Assembly: GCA_003246365.1 (NCBI GenBank)
Contig: QKAN01000066.1
Coordinates: 5,333-69,332 of the forward strand
Source of the DNA: Clostridia bacterium
GTDB lineage: Bacteria > Bacillota > Clostridia > Christensenellales > CAG-138
DNA: 64,000 nucleotides
Reading direction: 5' to 3'
Shown here: in pieces, positions 1 to 8,459 of the stretch
How the letters are laid out: each line of letters opens with the position of its first letter
Numbering within the stretch: position 1 is the stretch's first letter
Program-made: the position numbers and the translations under genes
Notes under the pieces: model-generated
What the model saw: only the letters and a program-made list of their open reading frames with translations
The model's database searches: none
What the model was told of the DNA's origin: nothing

Positions 1-42
1 GATTCATCGATGTTGCTTTCCCTTCTTAATTTGGAATTGCGC

Positions 43-942
43 TCACTCCACCGAGCGCAGGCGTTCAACCAGCGGTCGCGCTTCGGCAAAAAATGTTCTG
101 GCAAACGCCGCGTCATACTGCGGCGCAGGCGCGCGGAATACTCTGTCATACATACCCAGTTCGTGCAGAATGCAGGCAAAGCTTTGCAATAGTCCATGCC
201 GCATGACGACCACACAAAGCGCGTTAAGGTCTTTCTGCAGCTCGAACGCACGGGCAATATCCCCCGCCTTTGCCTCGCGGTAGATGCCGGCATAAGCATT
301 TGGAAATACCGTCGCCCACATGCCGATTCCGCCGTCCGCGCCGTGGATTACGGCAGGCGCAAGATATTCGTCCTTGCCATTGAACACCGCGCAGCCATCC
401 GGTTTTTCGGCAATCAGCTGCTGGGTAAAGAAAAAGTCGTTGGTTGAAGATTTGATGCCGGTAATGCCGGGAATCTGCAGTGATTCGAGCACGTTATCCA
501 GCGTGAAACTCACGCCCGGCTGCGGCATATAATACAAAACAACGGGAATCCCCGCCGCCTGAACCAACGCGCGGTAATACTGCATCTGCTGCGTGTGGTT
601 TGCGCCGGGCAGCGGAACGGACGAAACCCCGTCCGCTCCGCTTGCCGCGGCATGCTGCGCAAGATCCAGCGCGTCGCGCATCGTATACGCCCCCACCTGC
701 ACGAGCGCCGTCTTGCCATGACGACGGCAAATCGAGATGCCGATTTCAGCGGCGGATTTTCGCTCCTCCAGCCGCATTTTCATGCCATCCCCGGTACCGC
801 CGCAAAGATAAACGCCGTCGAGAGGGCCGCAAAGTCCCTGTTCCAGAGCATCGGCAAACTGCGTTTCCAGAAAACGGTCCCGTTCATCGCAGGGCGAGAC
901 GGCAGGCACCAGCACACCGCTCTTGATCGGCTGTAACGACAT
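43..942 (-). CDS. DapA/NanA-family class I aldolase (N-acetylneuraminate-lyase-like)
   Basis: ORF 43..1077 trimmed to the ATG at 942 (MSLQPIK), preceded by a GAGGAG RBS. About 300 aa, with DHDPS-family-like blocks (YLCGGTGDG, VVLYYMP, GIKSSTND). Confidence 0.8.
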   Translation of the reverse strand: MSLQPIKSGVLVPAVSPCDERDRFLETQFADALEQGLCGPLDGVYLCGGTGDGMKMRLEERKSAAEIGISICRRHGKTALVQVGAYTMRDALDLAQHAAASGADGVSSVPLPGANHTQQMQYYRALVQAAGIPVVLYYMPQPGVSFTLDNVLESLQIPGITGIKSSTNDFFFTQQLIAEKPDGCAVFNGKDEYLAPAVIHGADGGIGMWATVFPNAYAGIYREAKAGDIARAFELQKDLNALCVVVMRHGLLQSFACILHELGMYDRVFRAPAPQYDAAFARTFFAEARPLVERLRSVE

Positions 943-965
943 ATCGTTCTCCTCGGTTCGTCCGG

Positions 966-2204
966 TTATTTCGCTGCCTTGAGGTCGGCGATGGCGCTCT
1001 TGATCGAATCCGCGATGGTCTCGATCACTTCGTCTTCCATGCCGCACCACATCGGAACGGAGAAGCTGTTGTCCCACCAGGCTTCCAGCACGGGGCAGTC
1101 CTGTTCGCCCTGACCGAGTTTCTGGAACAGCGGGTAACGATAGAGCGGATAATACTGCACGATGCTGCGGATGCCGTATTTCGTGGTCAGCAGGTCGAGC
1201 AGATCGTCGCGGTTTTTGCCGAACGCGCTGCCGTCGAAATGCTGAATATACTGGTGCCGCACATGGCGATATCCCGCCGGAATTTTGTTGAAGGTGATCT
1301 CCGGCACATCTTTGAGCAGCGCGCGGAGCTTGTCGTTTTGCGCGATGATCATATCCGAGAACTTGGAGAGATTTTTCAGTTCTACGCTACCGAGGGCGCA
1401 CTGCGCCTCGCCGATGCAGAAGTTATTCGGCCAGAAGCCTTCGATATCCATGTCGACATTGCTCATAGCGGGGACCCAGTAACGGTCTCTCGGATAGTTA
1501 AATCCGCAAACGCCGTTGTGACGGATGCCGGGCACGAGCTTCGCGTCCGCATCGCTCTTAACGGTCAATATGCCGCCCTCGCCAAGCGTGGTCATGGTCT
1601 TTGCGCCATGGAAGCTGAAGCAACCGAAGTCACCGAACGTGCCGACGTGTTGTCCGTTGATGCGCGCGTCAAGCGCCTGTGCGCAGTCTTCCACCACGCG
1701 AATGCCGTGTTTCTGCGCCAGCGCGACGATCGCAGGCATATCGCAGGGCATGCCCAGCAGATGGACGCAAATGATCACTTTGGTCTTTTTGGTGATTTTA
1801 CGCTCGATATCTTTTACGCTTACTACCCAAGTATCCGGGTCGATGTCCGACCAGATGAGTTTTGCGCCCGCTTTGCCAAACGGAATTGCGGATGCGCAGA
1901 AGGTGTATGCCGGAACGATAACTTCGTCGCCGGGCTGTACGCCGCAAAGCGTTGCCGCAAGGCTCAGCGCCTGGGTTGCGTTGCCGACGGCAAAGGCATG
2001 GTTCGCGCCGGTAAAGGTTTTAAAGTCCGCCTGAAACTGTTCCTGCATCGCGCCCTGCGTCTGGCCGGGTACATCCCGCATAACGCGGACAACTTCCGCA
2101 ATCTCTTCTTCGGTATAGGGACGCTGACGCGCCGGAATGGAAACGCGGTATCCCGCAACTGCGCCGCGGCCGGATGCGTCGCCCTGCATAGCTTTGTTGG
2201 ACAT
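966..2204 (-). CDS. DegT/DnrJ/EryC1/StrS-family PLP-dependent aminotransferase
   Basis: 412 aa with an AGGAGG RBS. Motifs GNATQAL, VIVPAYTF and FSFHGAKTMTTLGEGG (catalytic Lys context typical of sugar aminotransferases). A 23-nt gap to the downstream lyase suggests one operon. Confidence 0.85.
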   Translation of the reverse strand: MSNKAMQGDASGRGAVAGYRVSIPARQRPYTEEEIAEVVRVMRDVPGQTQGAMQEQFQADFKTFTGANHAFAVGNATQALSLAATLCGVQPGDEVIVPAYTFCASAIPFGKAGAKLIWSDIDPDTWVVSVKDIERKITKKTKVIICVHLLGMPCDMPAIVALAQKHGIRVVEDCAQALDARINGQHVGTFGDFGCFSFHGAKTMTTLGEGGILTVKSDADAKLVPGIRHNGVCGFNYPRDRYWVPAMSNVDMDIEGFWPNNFCIGEAQCALGSVELKNLSKFSDMIIAQNDKLRALLKDVPEITFNKIPAGYRHVRHQYIQHFDGSAFGKNRDDLLDLLTTKYGIRSIVQYYPLYRYPLFQKLGQGEQDCPVLEAWWDNSFSVPMWCGMEDEVIETIADSIKSAIADLKAAK

Positions 2205-2429
2205 GATCGTAATCCTCCTGAAAAACTGTCAAATTCATACTTCTTCAACCAAAATGTTGAAGGCGCGGCTGTTCTGGCCGCTTTCATTCGTATCATATCC
2301 GTCCGGCCAAACCAGAGCCATGCCGAAACCGAGCGACTTTCTATCGTTTCGCACGGTTTTCATACTCGGCATCTCTTGACGCTGTACCGCTGGTACGCGC
2401 TATAATGGATGCGAAGCGGAGGATGCGAA

Positions 2430-3359
2430 ATGGAGAGCCAAACGACATGTCAGGTTTTCACCATACGCGCTTTTGCGGGCGAGCTGCCCGTAGAGTGCTT
2501 TCTTTCCGCGCGCGGATTTTTTGAGGATCTCAGCCAGCGGCAGCCTTCGTTTTCCGAAGACCATGTTCACGCCTGCCACGAACTGCTGCTCTGCAGAAAA
2601 GGCGGCGGTTATCAGTTTATCGACGGCACGGCGCACGCATATACGGACGAAACGCTGTTTCTGCTCGCTCCGTTTGTAACCCATGCGCATATCAGCGGTT
2701 CGGATGCCGCCGAGGTGCGCGGTTCTATCCGGTTTATTCTGCCGGAAAGCGCGGCGTTTTCCGGTCGTTGCGAACCCGCCCTTTCCGCCGCGCTAGAGCG
2801 GCTGCGCCGCGAACAATACGCTTTCTTTTCTGCCACGCCGCAGATCATCGCCATCGCGGATCTGTTGACCGAGGCAGTCTGCTCCCCCGAAACCTCCGCG
2901 CAGCTGGTTCTTTCCGGTCTGCTCTCGGCGCTGTTTTCCAGCGTATTCTCCGAACTCACACGCGTGTTCGGCGGCGGCAAAGACACCGCGCCGCGATTGT
3001 TTTCGGACAGCGATTCCTCCAGAAGACTCATCATCGACAACTTCTTCAGTCAGTCGCTCGATGGCTCGGCTCGCATAGAGGATCTCTGCGAACTGGTACA
3101 CTTAAGCCAGAGCAGTCTCAACCGCGTAATCCATGAACTCTACGGCACATCGTTTAAGCAAAAGCTGATCGAGGCGCGCGTAGCATACATTAAATATTAT
3201 CTCAAATATACGGATCTACCGATTCGGGCGGTTGCGGAGAAAACAGGCTTTGCCGAAGACAACAAGCTCTCGCTCTTTTTCCGGCAGCACGCAGGTCTTT
3301 CCCCGACGCAATATCGGCAGGCGGAGCGCTGCGCCCCGCCCGACCCCGTGCAGCGCTAA
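2430..3359 (+). CDS. AraC-family transcriptional regulator
   Basis: C-terminal double HTH (LSQSSLNRVIHELYGTSFKQ ... TGFAEDNKLSLFFRQHAGLSPTQYRQ). Start moved to the ATG at 2430 (GGAGGA RBS), because a TATAAT box at 2401..2406 lies immediately upstream of the track start at 2409. Confidence 0.8.
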   Translation: MESQTTCQVFTIRAFAGELPVECFLSARGFFEDLSQRQPSFSEDHVHACHELLLCRKGGGYQFIDGTAHAYTDETLFLLAPFVTHAHISGSDAAEVRGSIRFILPESAAFSGRCEPALSAALERLRREQYAFFSATPQIIAIADLLTEAVCSPETSAQLVLSGLLSALFSSVFSELTRVFGGGKDTAPRLFSDSDSSRRLIIDNFFSQSLDGSARIEDLCELVHLSQSSLNRVIHELYGTSFKQKLIEARVAYIKYYLKYTDLPIRAVAEKTGFAEDNKLSLFFRQHAGLSPTQYRQAERCAPPDPVQR

Positions 3360-3374
3360 ATCAAATTCGCGCGC

Positions 3375-3402
3375 AAAAGGCAGCCAAACAGCTGCCTTTT
3401 TT
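3375..3402. terminator. bidirectional rho-independent terminator
   Basis: Hairpin GGCAGC-caaaca-GCTGCC flanked by an A-run and a T-run, between convergent genes. Confidence 0.7.
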
Positions 3403-3413
3403 ATGTGTGTCTC

Positions 3414-4292
3414 TTATGCACCAATCGTCCGCTCGCTTGCCATTCCGATGTCAACACGTGCGCCGGTCAGTTTTGTGTTGATGTGCTTTTCCACAACGTA
3501 GTTTGCAAACGATGCCGACACAAACCGCTCAAACGATAGCCCGAAAATCGCAAAGAATGCCAGCGCCAGCACAACCAGCAATCCGGTATATCCGGGCAGC
3601 AACCAAAGCAGCAGCGCGAAAACCGCAACTGGAATCAAATTGATCAATGCTGTCAATGCGCTTTTTGGCAGCTCCAGAAACGTCAGGAAAAACGCATTCC
3701 GTATGATCTGTCCGAATTTGAGACGGTATGTTATCGCAAGCGTATACACGAGCTGCCGCATTAGTAGCGCAAGAATCAGAACCAGACCGCAGAATCCGAA
3801 CACGACATAATAACCAATCCCCGCCGTATCGCCGAGATTGCCGTAATAGTTCAGCGCGCTGTATGCCGCAAGCGGCATAATCCCTTCAATCAGCGAAAGC
3901 AACAGCGCCTGTCCGGCGTTTCGCTTCATGCCGCCAAACAATGTTTGCCAGCGCATGCAGGGTTCGCCGCGGGACCAGTTTCGCATCAGCAGCGTCAGCC
4001 CGGCAAGCATCGGCCCCGTGATAAAAAGGCAAAGCGCAAGACCGCCGAGATATGCGCCCATAAAGGAACTTGTCTGAAATACGCCGCTCTCTTCGGAAAC
4101 CAGCGAGGCAAGCGACATCTCCGTCCAAACACTCGCGGGCAGGTAAAACAGATAACAAACCAGATTGACGGCGAAAAAGCTGCTCCAATAGTTGCGAAAC
4201 GTCTGTTTGCGCAAACTCTTTCGCGTTTCCGGCCGCTCCTGCGGGGGCAGGTCTTCAATCGGCGGCGCAGGAAAAAACAGATTTTTAAACAT
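3414..4292 (-). CDS. YesL-like (DUF624) polytopic membrane protein
   Basis: Multiple hydrophobic helices and placement downstream of a LacI gene, as is typical for YesL-family proteins in sugar loci. Start set to MFKNLFF at 4292 (8-nt overlap with the lacI-like stop). The longer start at 4367 would overlap the regulator by 83 nt. Confidence 0.6.
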   Translation of the reverse strand: MFKNLFFPAPPIEDLPPQERPETRKSLRKQTFRNYWSSFFAVNLVCYLFYLPASVWTEMSLASLVSEESGVFQTSSFMGAYLGGLALCLFITGPMLAGLTLLMRNWSRGEPCMRWQTLFGGMKRNAGQALLLSLIEGIMPLAAYSALNYYGNLGDTAGIGYYVVFGFCGLVLILALLMRQLVYTLAITYRLKFGQIIRNAFFLTFLELPKSALTALINLIPVAVFALLLWLLPGYTGLLVVLALAFFAIFGLSFERFVSASFANYVVEKHINTKLTGARVDIGMASERTIGA

Positions 4293-5391
4293 TGCGTTCG
4301 CGCTTTCTGAGCGTCGAGTTGCTTCGGGCGGGTCCTGTGGATGCCCGAACAACCAAACGCGGCGCATACTCCACCTTGCTGATGACCGGCGGAAGCGTCG
4401 TTTCGCTTAGCTCCCTGCGTCGCGCGGTAATGTGATCGACCGCTGCTTTGCAGCGTATCTGCAAGTGGTGGTCGATTGTTGTCAGCTGCGGCGCAGAAAT
4501 AACGGAAGTAAAAATATTATCGAATCCGCATACCGAAAAGTCTTCCGGCACGCTGTATCCGCAATCCTTGATTTCATCCATCAGACCGATGGCGGTCATG
4601 TCGTTGACGCCGATGATCGCCGTTGCGCTCAACCCTTGATTCAACGCCTGGCTGATGAGTTTTCTGCCAACCGCATACTCATAGGGCATCGCGTCCGGCA
4701 ATGCGTCCGTTTCCGTCTGCGCCTCGGACGCAAGCAGCTCCATGCTATCCTCCCCTAATCCGTGTGCTCTTAAGTGCGCGCGGATGCCTTCGAGCCGCTG
4801 CTGACGCGCGAGCGTGAGCTGGTTAAACGGCGTTGAGACAAACAGGAATTTCCGGTGTCCGAGGGAATAGAGATGTTCCGCCAGAATTTTACCCGCGCGC
4901 TCGTTGCTCAATTCAATCGAGCAAATCGGCTGATCGATTCGCTTTTCTCCAATCAAAACCGACGGAACGGTGGCGGCAACGCTTTCGATGATGTCCGGAA
5001 AACTCGGCAGGAACGTAAAGATCATACCGTCGACGCGTGTTTTTAAAAATGTTTCCAGATAGTACCGCTCCAGTTCCGGTTTGCGCAATGTGTTACAAAC
5101 GATCACGCAATATCCGCATGCGTCAGCATAGCTCTCAACCGTCTGTACAAGCTCGGCATAAAAAGGATTGTTTAGCGTAGGCGTAAAGAGCAGCAGGATT
5201 CCCGTGCGGGACGAAGGTATCTTCTTTTTCCGCTTCGGCAGTTCGTAACCAAGCTGATTTGCCGCCTCGCGGACGCGCGATTTTGTTTCTTCATTAAAGA
5301 GCACTTTGTCGCTATCGTTCAAAATTAGCGACACGGCGGATTGCGAAACACCGGCAAGCGCCGCAACGTCCTGCGAAGTAACTTTTTTCAT
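4285..5391 (-). CDS. LacI-family transcriptional regulator
   Basis: N-terminal HTH MKKVTSQDVAALAGVSQSAVSLILN followed by a periplasmic-binding-protein-like sugar-binding core, 368 aa. Confidence 0.9.
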   Translation of the reverse strand: MKKVTSQDVAALAGVSQSAVSLILNDSDKVLFNEETKSRVREAANQLGYELPKRKKKIPSSRTGILLLFTPTLNNPFYAELVQTVESYADACGYCVIVCNTLRKPELERYYLETFLKTRVDGMIFTFLPSFPDIIESVAATVPSVLIGEKRIDQPICSIELSNERAGKILAEHLYSLGHRKFLFVSTPFNQLTLARQQRLEGIRAHLRAHGLGEDSMELLASEAQTETDALPDAMPYEYAVGRKLISQALNQGLSATAIIGVNDMTAIGLMDEIKDCGYSVPEDFSVCGFDNIFTSVISAPQLTTIDHHLQIRCKAAVDHITARRRELSETTLPPVISKVEYAPRLVVRASTGPARSNSTLRKRERNV

Positions 5392-5703
5392 GTATTGCTG
5401 CCCCTTGTTCGATCTAAAAATAACTAATATTTCCTAATAAATCTTATCGTATTTAGGGTGATCTGTCAATCGTTTTGATGCTCTATTCACCGTTTTTGGC
5501 CTATATTTAAAGCTTTTCATCAAAAACGCGCGGTTTGGTGATAAAAAGCATGCTATAAATAAGAACCAAATCTTGACTTTTCGTCACTTATTTGCTATTT
5601 TATTAGATGTGAGTATTAGTAAACCGTTTTCAGTCGCATTGCAATAACGTCATCAATCAAAACGAAACCCGGCGCTATAATTTGCGCCCGAGGGGAACGC
5701 ATT

Positions 5704-6717
5704 ATGACAAACGCATGCGACTCGCAAGCACAACCCCGCAAAGGCGGACGAATTCTTTCACTCGGTGAACTTTTAGTAGACCTAATCCCCGTTGAACCAG
5801 GCGGACGAATTGATCAGGCAGGGCCTGTATTAAAGACAGCCAGCGGAAGCGCTGGTATATTTGCATGCGCCGCTGCGGCGCTTGGCGGCGAAAGCGTGTT
5901 TTTAGGCAAAGTCGGAAAAGACGCGTTAAGCCGCATGGCTTTCGAAACATTACGCGCGTCCGGCGTAGATATGAGTCGGGTTATCGTATCCGACGAAGGT
6001 CAGATTGGACTCGCGTTTATCGAATATCTGCCGAACGGCACTCGCAACTACGAATATTACCGTTCCCGCTCCGTCGGCAGTTTATATCGCGCCAACGAAT
6101 TGAACCTGAGCGATATGGAAGGCACGTTTGCCCTCCATTTTCCAGGCATGCTGCTCGAACTGAGTCCCGAACTGCGGGAAACGAGCCTGCAAGCCGCGCG
6201 CGCCGCGAAAGAGAACGGCATATTGCTCAGCTTTGATCCCAACATCCGTTTTGAACTGAGCCGCACGGAGTCTCTGGATCGTTTGATTTCGGTCATTCAA
6301 ATGGCGGATATCATCGCGCCTACCCTTGCGGAAGGCCGTCTCATCACAGGATGCGAATCCAAAGGAGACGTGCTGCGCGCGCTGCACGCAATGGGACCTT
6401 CCATCGTAGCTCTCACGCAGGACAAAGACGGCGCCGCAGTCAGCAGGGATGGAGTCGTCGCCATTTGCGACGGCATCGACGTTCCCGTTATCGACCCGAC
6501 CGGCGCGGGAGACACATTTGCCGCGGCGCTCATCGTTGCGCTGCAGCAGAATATGTCGCTTATGGATGCTGCGCTTTTCTGCAACTGTGCCGGTACGCTT
6601 GTCGTCACAAAACGCGGCGCCATCGGGCAGGCGATCCCGACGCTGGAAGAAGTCAACGCGTTGGTGGCGTCCAAGCCCTGTCCGGTTCGGCTTGTCCCGC
6701 TGGACGAGCTGCCCTGA
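5704..6717 (+). CDS. PfkB-family sugar / 2-keto-3-deoxy-sugar-acid kinase
   Basis: 337 aa with a GAGGGGAA RBS. PfkB signature DPTGAGDTFAAA near the C-terminus and an N-terminal GELLVD block. Confidence 0.85.
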   Translation: MTNACDSQAQPRKGGRILSLGELLVDLIPVEPGGRIDQAGPVLKTASGSAGIFACAAAALGGESVFLGKVGKDALSRMAFETLRASGVDMSRVIVSDEGQIGLAFIEYLPNGTRNYEYYRSRSVGSLYRANELNLSDMEGTFALHFPGMLLELSPELRETSLQAARAAKENGILLSFDPNIRFELSRTESLDRLISVIQMADIIAPTLAEGRLITGCESKGDVLRALHAMGPSIVALTQDKDGAAVSRDGVVAICDGIDVPVIDPTGAGDTFAAALIVALQQNMSLMDAALFCNCAGTLVVTKRGAIGQAIPTLEEVNALVASKPCPVRLVPLDELP

Positions 6718-6740
6718 TCTGTTTAACCGGAGGTAATCAT

Positions 6741-7508
6741 ATGAATCTGAAACAAAAACTGAAAAACGGCGAACATCTGCTAGGCACAATGGTGACCACG
6801 TTCGCCTCTGCCGATATGGCAAAACTGCTGCAGCAATGCAGTTTCGACTTTTTCATCATCGACTGCGAGCACGGCTCGTTTACCACACGCGAGGTTGCGG
6901 ATATGATCGCGGTTGCGCGCGCAATCGGCCTGCCGGCGATGGTCCGCATTCCGGAAATGCGGCGCGAACACGCGCTGAAGTTTACGGAAATGGGCGCAAA
7001 CGGACTTCTGCTGCCAAACACGGAAAGCGCGGAACAGGCGCGGATGCTCGTTGACTGCACCAAATATGCACCGATGGGACACCGCGGCGTCTCCCTCTCC
7101 CGCCCGCACACGGATTTTGCGAAAGTAGACGGACGCGAATACATGGCGCGCGCCAACGAAGAAAACATTCTACTCTGCCAGATTGAAAGTCGCGAAGGTG
7201 TTTCGCACATCGACGAAATCATGGCGGTAGACGGCATCGACGCTGCGCTGATTGGCCCGAACGATATGACGCAGGACTACGGCAAGCTTAACCGCTTTGA
7301 CGATCCGGAAATCGTAGACGCCATCGGCCGTGTGGTTGCCTCCGCCAAAGCGCATGGAAAATTCTCCGGCGCGCACTTTGGTGCATCGGCTCCGCTGATT
7401 CCCTGGATTTCCCGCGGAATGCAGCTGAATATGTGGAACAGCGACATCGGCTTGATGACACTCGGCGCGCTCAACGGCATGCCCGCGCTCAGAGACGCAG
7501 GAAAATAA
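6741..7508 (+). CDS. HpcH/HpaI-family 2-keto-3-deoxy-sugar-acid aldolase
   Basis: Start at ATG 6741 (GGAGG RBS) within ORF 6351..7508. Blocks IIDCEHG, VRIP, LLPNTESAEQA and LCQIES..GV..IDEI are typical of class II HpcH aldolases. Confidence 0.85.
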   Translation: MNLKQKLKNGEHLLGTMVTTFASADMAKLLQQCSFDFFIIDCEHGSFTTREVADMIAVARAIGLPAMVRIPEMRREHALKFTEMGANGLLLPNTESAEQARMLVDCTKYAPMGHRGVSLSRPHTDFAKVDGREYMARANEENILLCQIESREGVSHIDEIMAVDGIDAALIGPNDMTQDYGKLNRFDDPEIVDAIGRVVASAKAHGKFSGAHFGASAPLIPWISRGMQLNMWNSDIGLMTLGALNGMPALRDAGK

Positions 7509-7529
7509 AAAACGCACAAATCCAATATG

Positions 7530-7580
7530 ATCACCCTATTGCTTTGATTCACTCATAAGTGCAATAGGGTGATTTTAATT
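7530..7580 (+). terminator. rho-independent terminator after the aldolase gene
   Basis: 13-bp perfect stem ATCACCCTATTGC / GCAATAGGGTGAT followed by TTTTAATTT. Confidence 0.7.
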
Positions 7581-7607
7581 TGTCAAAAATTTATGATAAC
7601 TCCTGTC

Positions 7608-7635
7608 TTGTAAATACTTTTAAATTTAGTATAAT
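7608..7635 (+). promoter_or_regulatory. sigma-A-type promoter of the orphan membrane-protein gene
   Basis: TTGTAA (7608..7613), a 16-nt spacer, then TATAAT (7630..7635), about 50 nt upstream of the ATG at 7686. Confidence 0.5.
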
Positions 7636-7685
7636 TGGCTCTAGCTATCTGTTTAGATAGTACTTCAAAGTTTATGAGAGGTATT

Positions 7686-8405
7686 ATGGAAAAACCAATC
7701 AGATCAAAAAAGCAAGTTGTCATTCTTGAAATCATAGCCGTTTTTCTTTGCCTTGCCGCCTTCGCTTCACTCATCCTTTGCAGCGCGCTAAAAGACAACG
7801 GTTACGGTGATTTTTGGTTCCCTGCTCTCGGTTTTATTAGTTTTGGTGTATTAGCAGTTGCTTCGATTGGACTGTTGTTTTTCGTTCGAAAAGACGCACT
7901 GACACACGAAGTTGAACAACGCGAGAAAAAAATCGACGCCTTTGCATTAAAGAGTTGCCTCGGGTTATACGCAGGTACGATTCAAGAACGTTTTCTCCAA
8001 AATCGATTTGAAGATGTCGGAGATGGTTTCCTAAGAAGAAAAATGTTTTCCGCCGCGAAGGATTCCATCTGTTATTATGTAAAATACGAAAATTCCAGCG
8101 GTTTAAAAGAATCGTTCGAGCGGTATATGCACGCCGTTGAAGATCGTAAAGAGTCCGGAAATGTCTGTTTATTGTTGTTTGTTTCGAAAGATCAAGTAAG
8201 CACAGAAGCTCTTGAGGAACTTCGTAATTTATCGAAATATTATCTGGTTTGCGAAACCGTTATGCCTATGCCAAACTGGCAGTCCTGTGTTCCTGTTTTG
8301 ATCGATTCATCAACAAACGAGGGACGCTTTCTCGACACAAATAAAAAATATCCGCTCAGCATATATACGCATGGTTGCAAACTGCTCAATCAATATTTCT
8401 GCTGA
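7686..8405 (+). CDS. hypothetical membrane-anchored protein (2 TM helices plus a roughly 170-aa cytoplasmic domain)
   Basis: ORF 7635..8405 (TTG) trimmed to ATG 7686 with a GAGAGG RBS. Two hydrophobic helices (VVILEIIAVFLCLAAFASLILC, FPALGFISFGVLAVASIGLLFFV). No recognisable motif. Visibly AT-richer than its neighbours. Confidence 0.55.
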   Translation: MEKPIRSKKQVVILEIIAVFLCLAAFASLILCSALKDNGYGDFWFPALGFISFGVLAVASIGLLFFVRKDALTHEVEQREKKIDAFALKSCLGLYAGTIQERFLQNRFEDVGDGFLRRKMFSAAKDSICYYVKYENSSGLKESFERYMHAVEDRKESGNVCLLLFVSKDQVSTEALEELRNLSKYYLVCETVMPMPNWQSCVPVLIDSSTNEGRFLDTNKKYPLSIYTHGCKLLNQYFC

Positions 8406-8415
8406 TCCGGCGCAA

Positions 8416-8450
8416 CAAACAAAAAAGGCCTTGCGGCCTTTTTTTTGTTG
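8416..8450. terminator. bidirectional rho-independent terminator
   Basis: CAAACAAAAAAGGCC-ttgc-GGCCTTTTTTTTGTTG between convergent genes. Confidence 0.8.
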
Positions 8451-8459
8451 TTTCAATCG

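Noticed and set aside
1-42. Possible start of another minus-strand gene (ATG at 7..5 with GAAGGGAAAG upstream) continuing the DegT-lyase operon out of the window
   Set aside because: Only two codons fall inside the window, so nothing about the product can be supported.
43-1077. N-terminal extensions given by the ORF track for many genes (e.g. 43..1077, 6351..7508, 22765..24894, 45291..46604, 52553..53365, 31932..32537, 39280..41058)
   Set aside because: The extensions overlap upstream genes or intergenic promoters, lack an RBS and are R/G-rich. In each case an internal ATG with a GGAGG-type RBS gives a protein of family-typical length.
2243-2262. Inverted repeat CTTCAAC-caaaat-GTTGAAG about 40 nt upstream of the DegT-family gene
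   Set aside because: It has short 7-bp arms and occurs once, with no second copy in the locus. It could be a chance hairpin in the leader, so it is not reported as a feature.
5612-5627. cre/LacI-operator-like sequence (TGAAAACGGTTTAC on the minus strand) in the lacI / pfkB divergent region
   Set aside because: Only about half of the symmetric positions pair around the central CG, and the outer CA/TG positions do not match the cre consensus. That is too weak to call.
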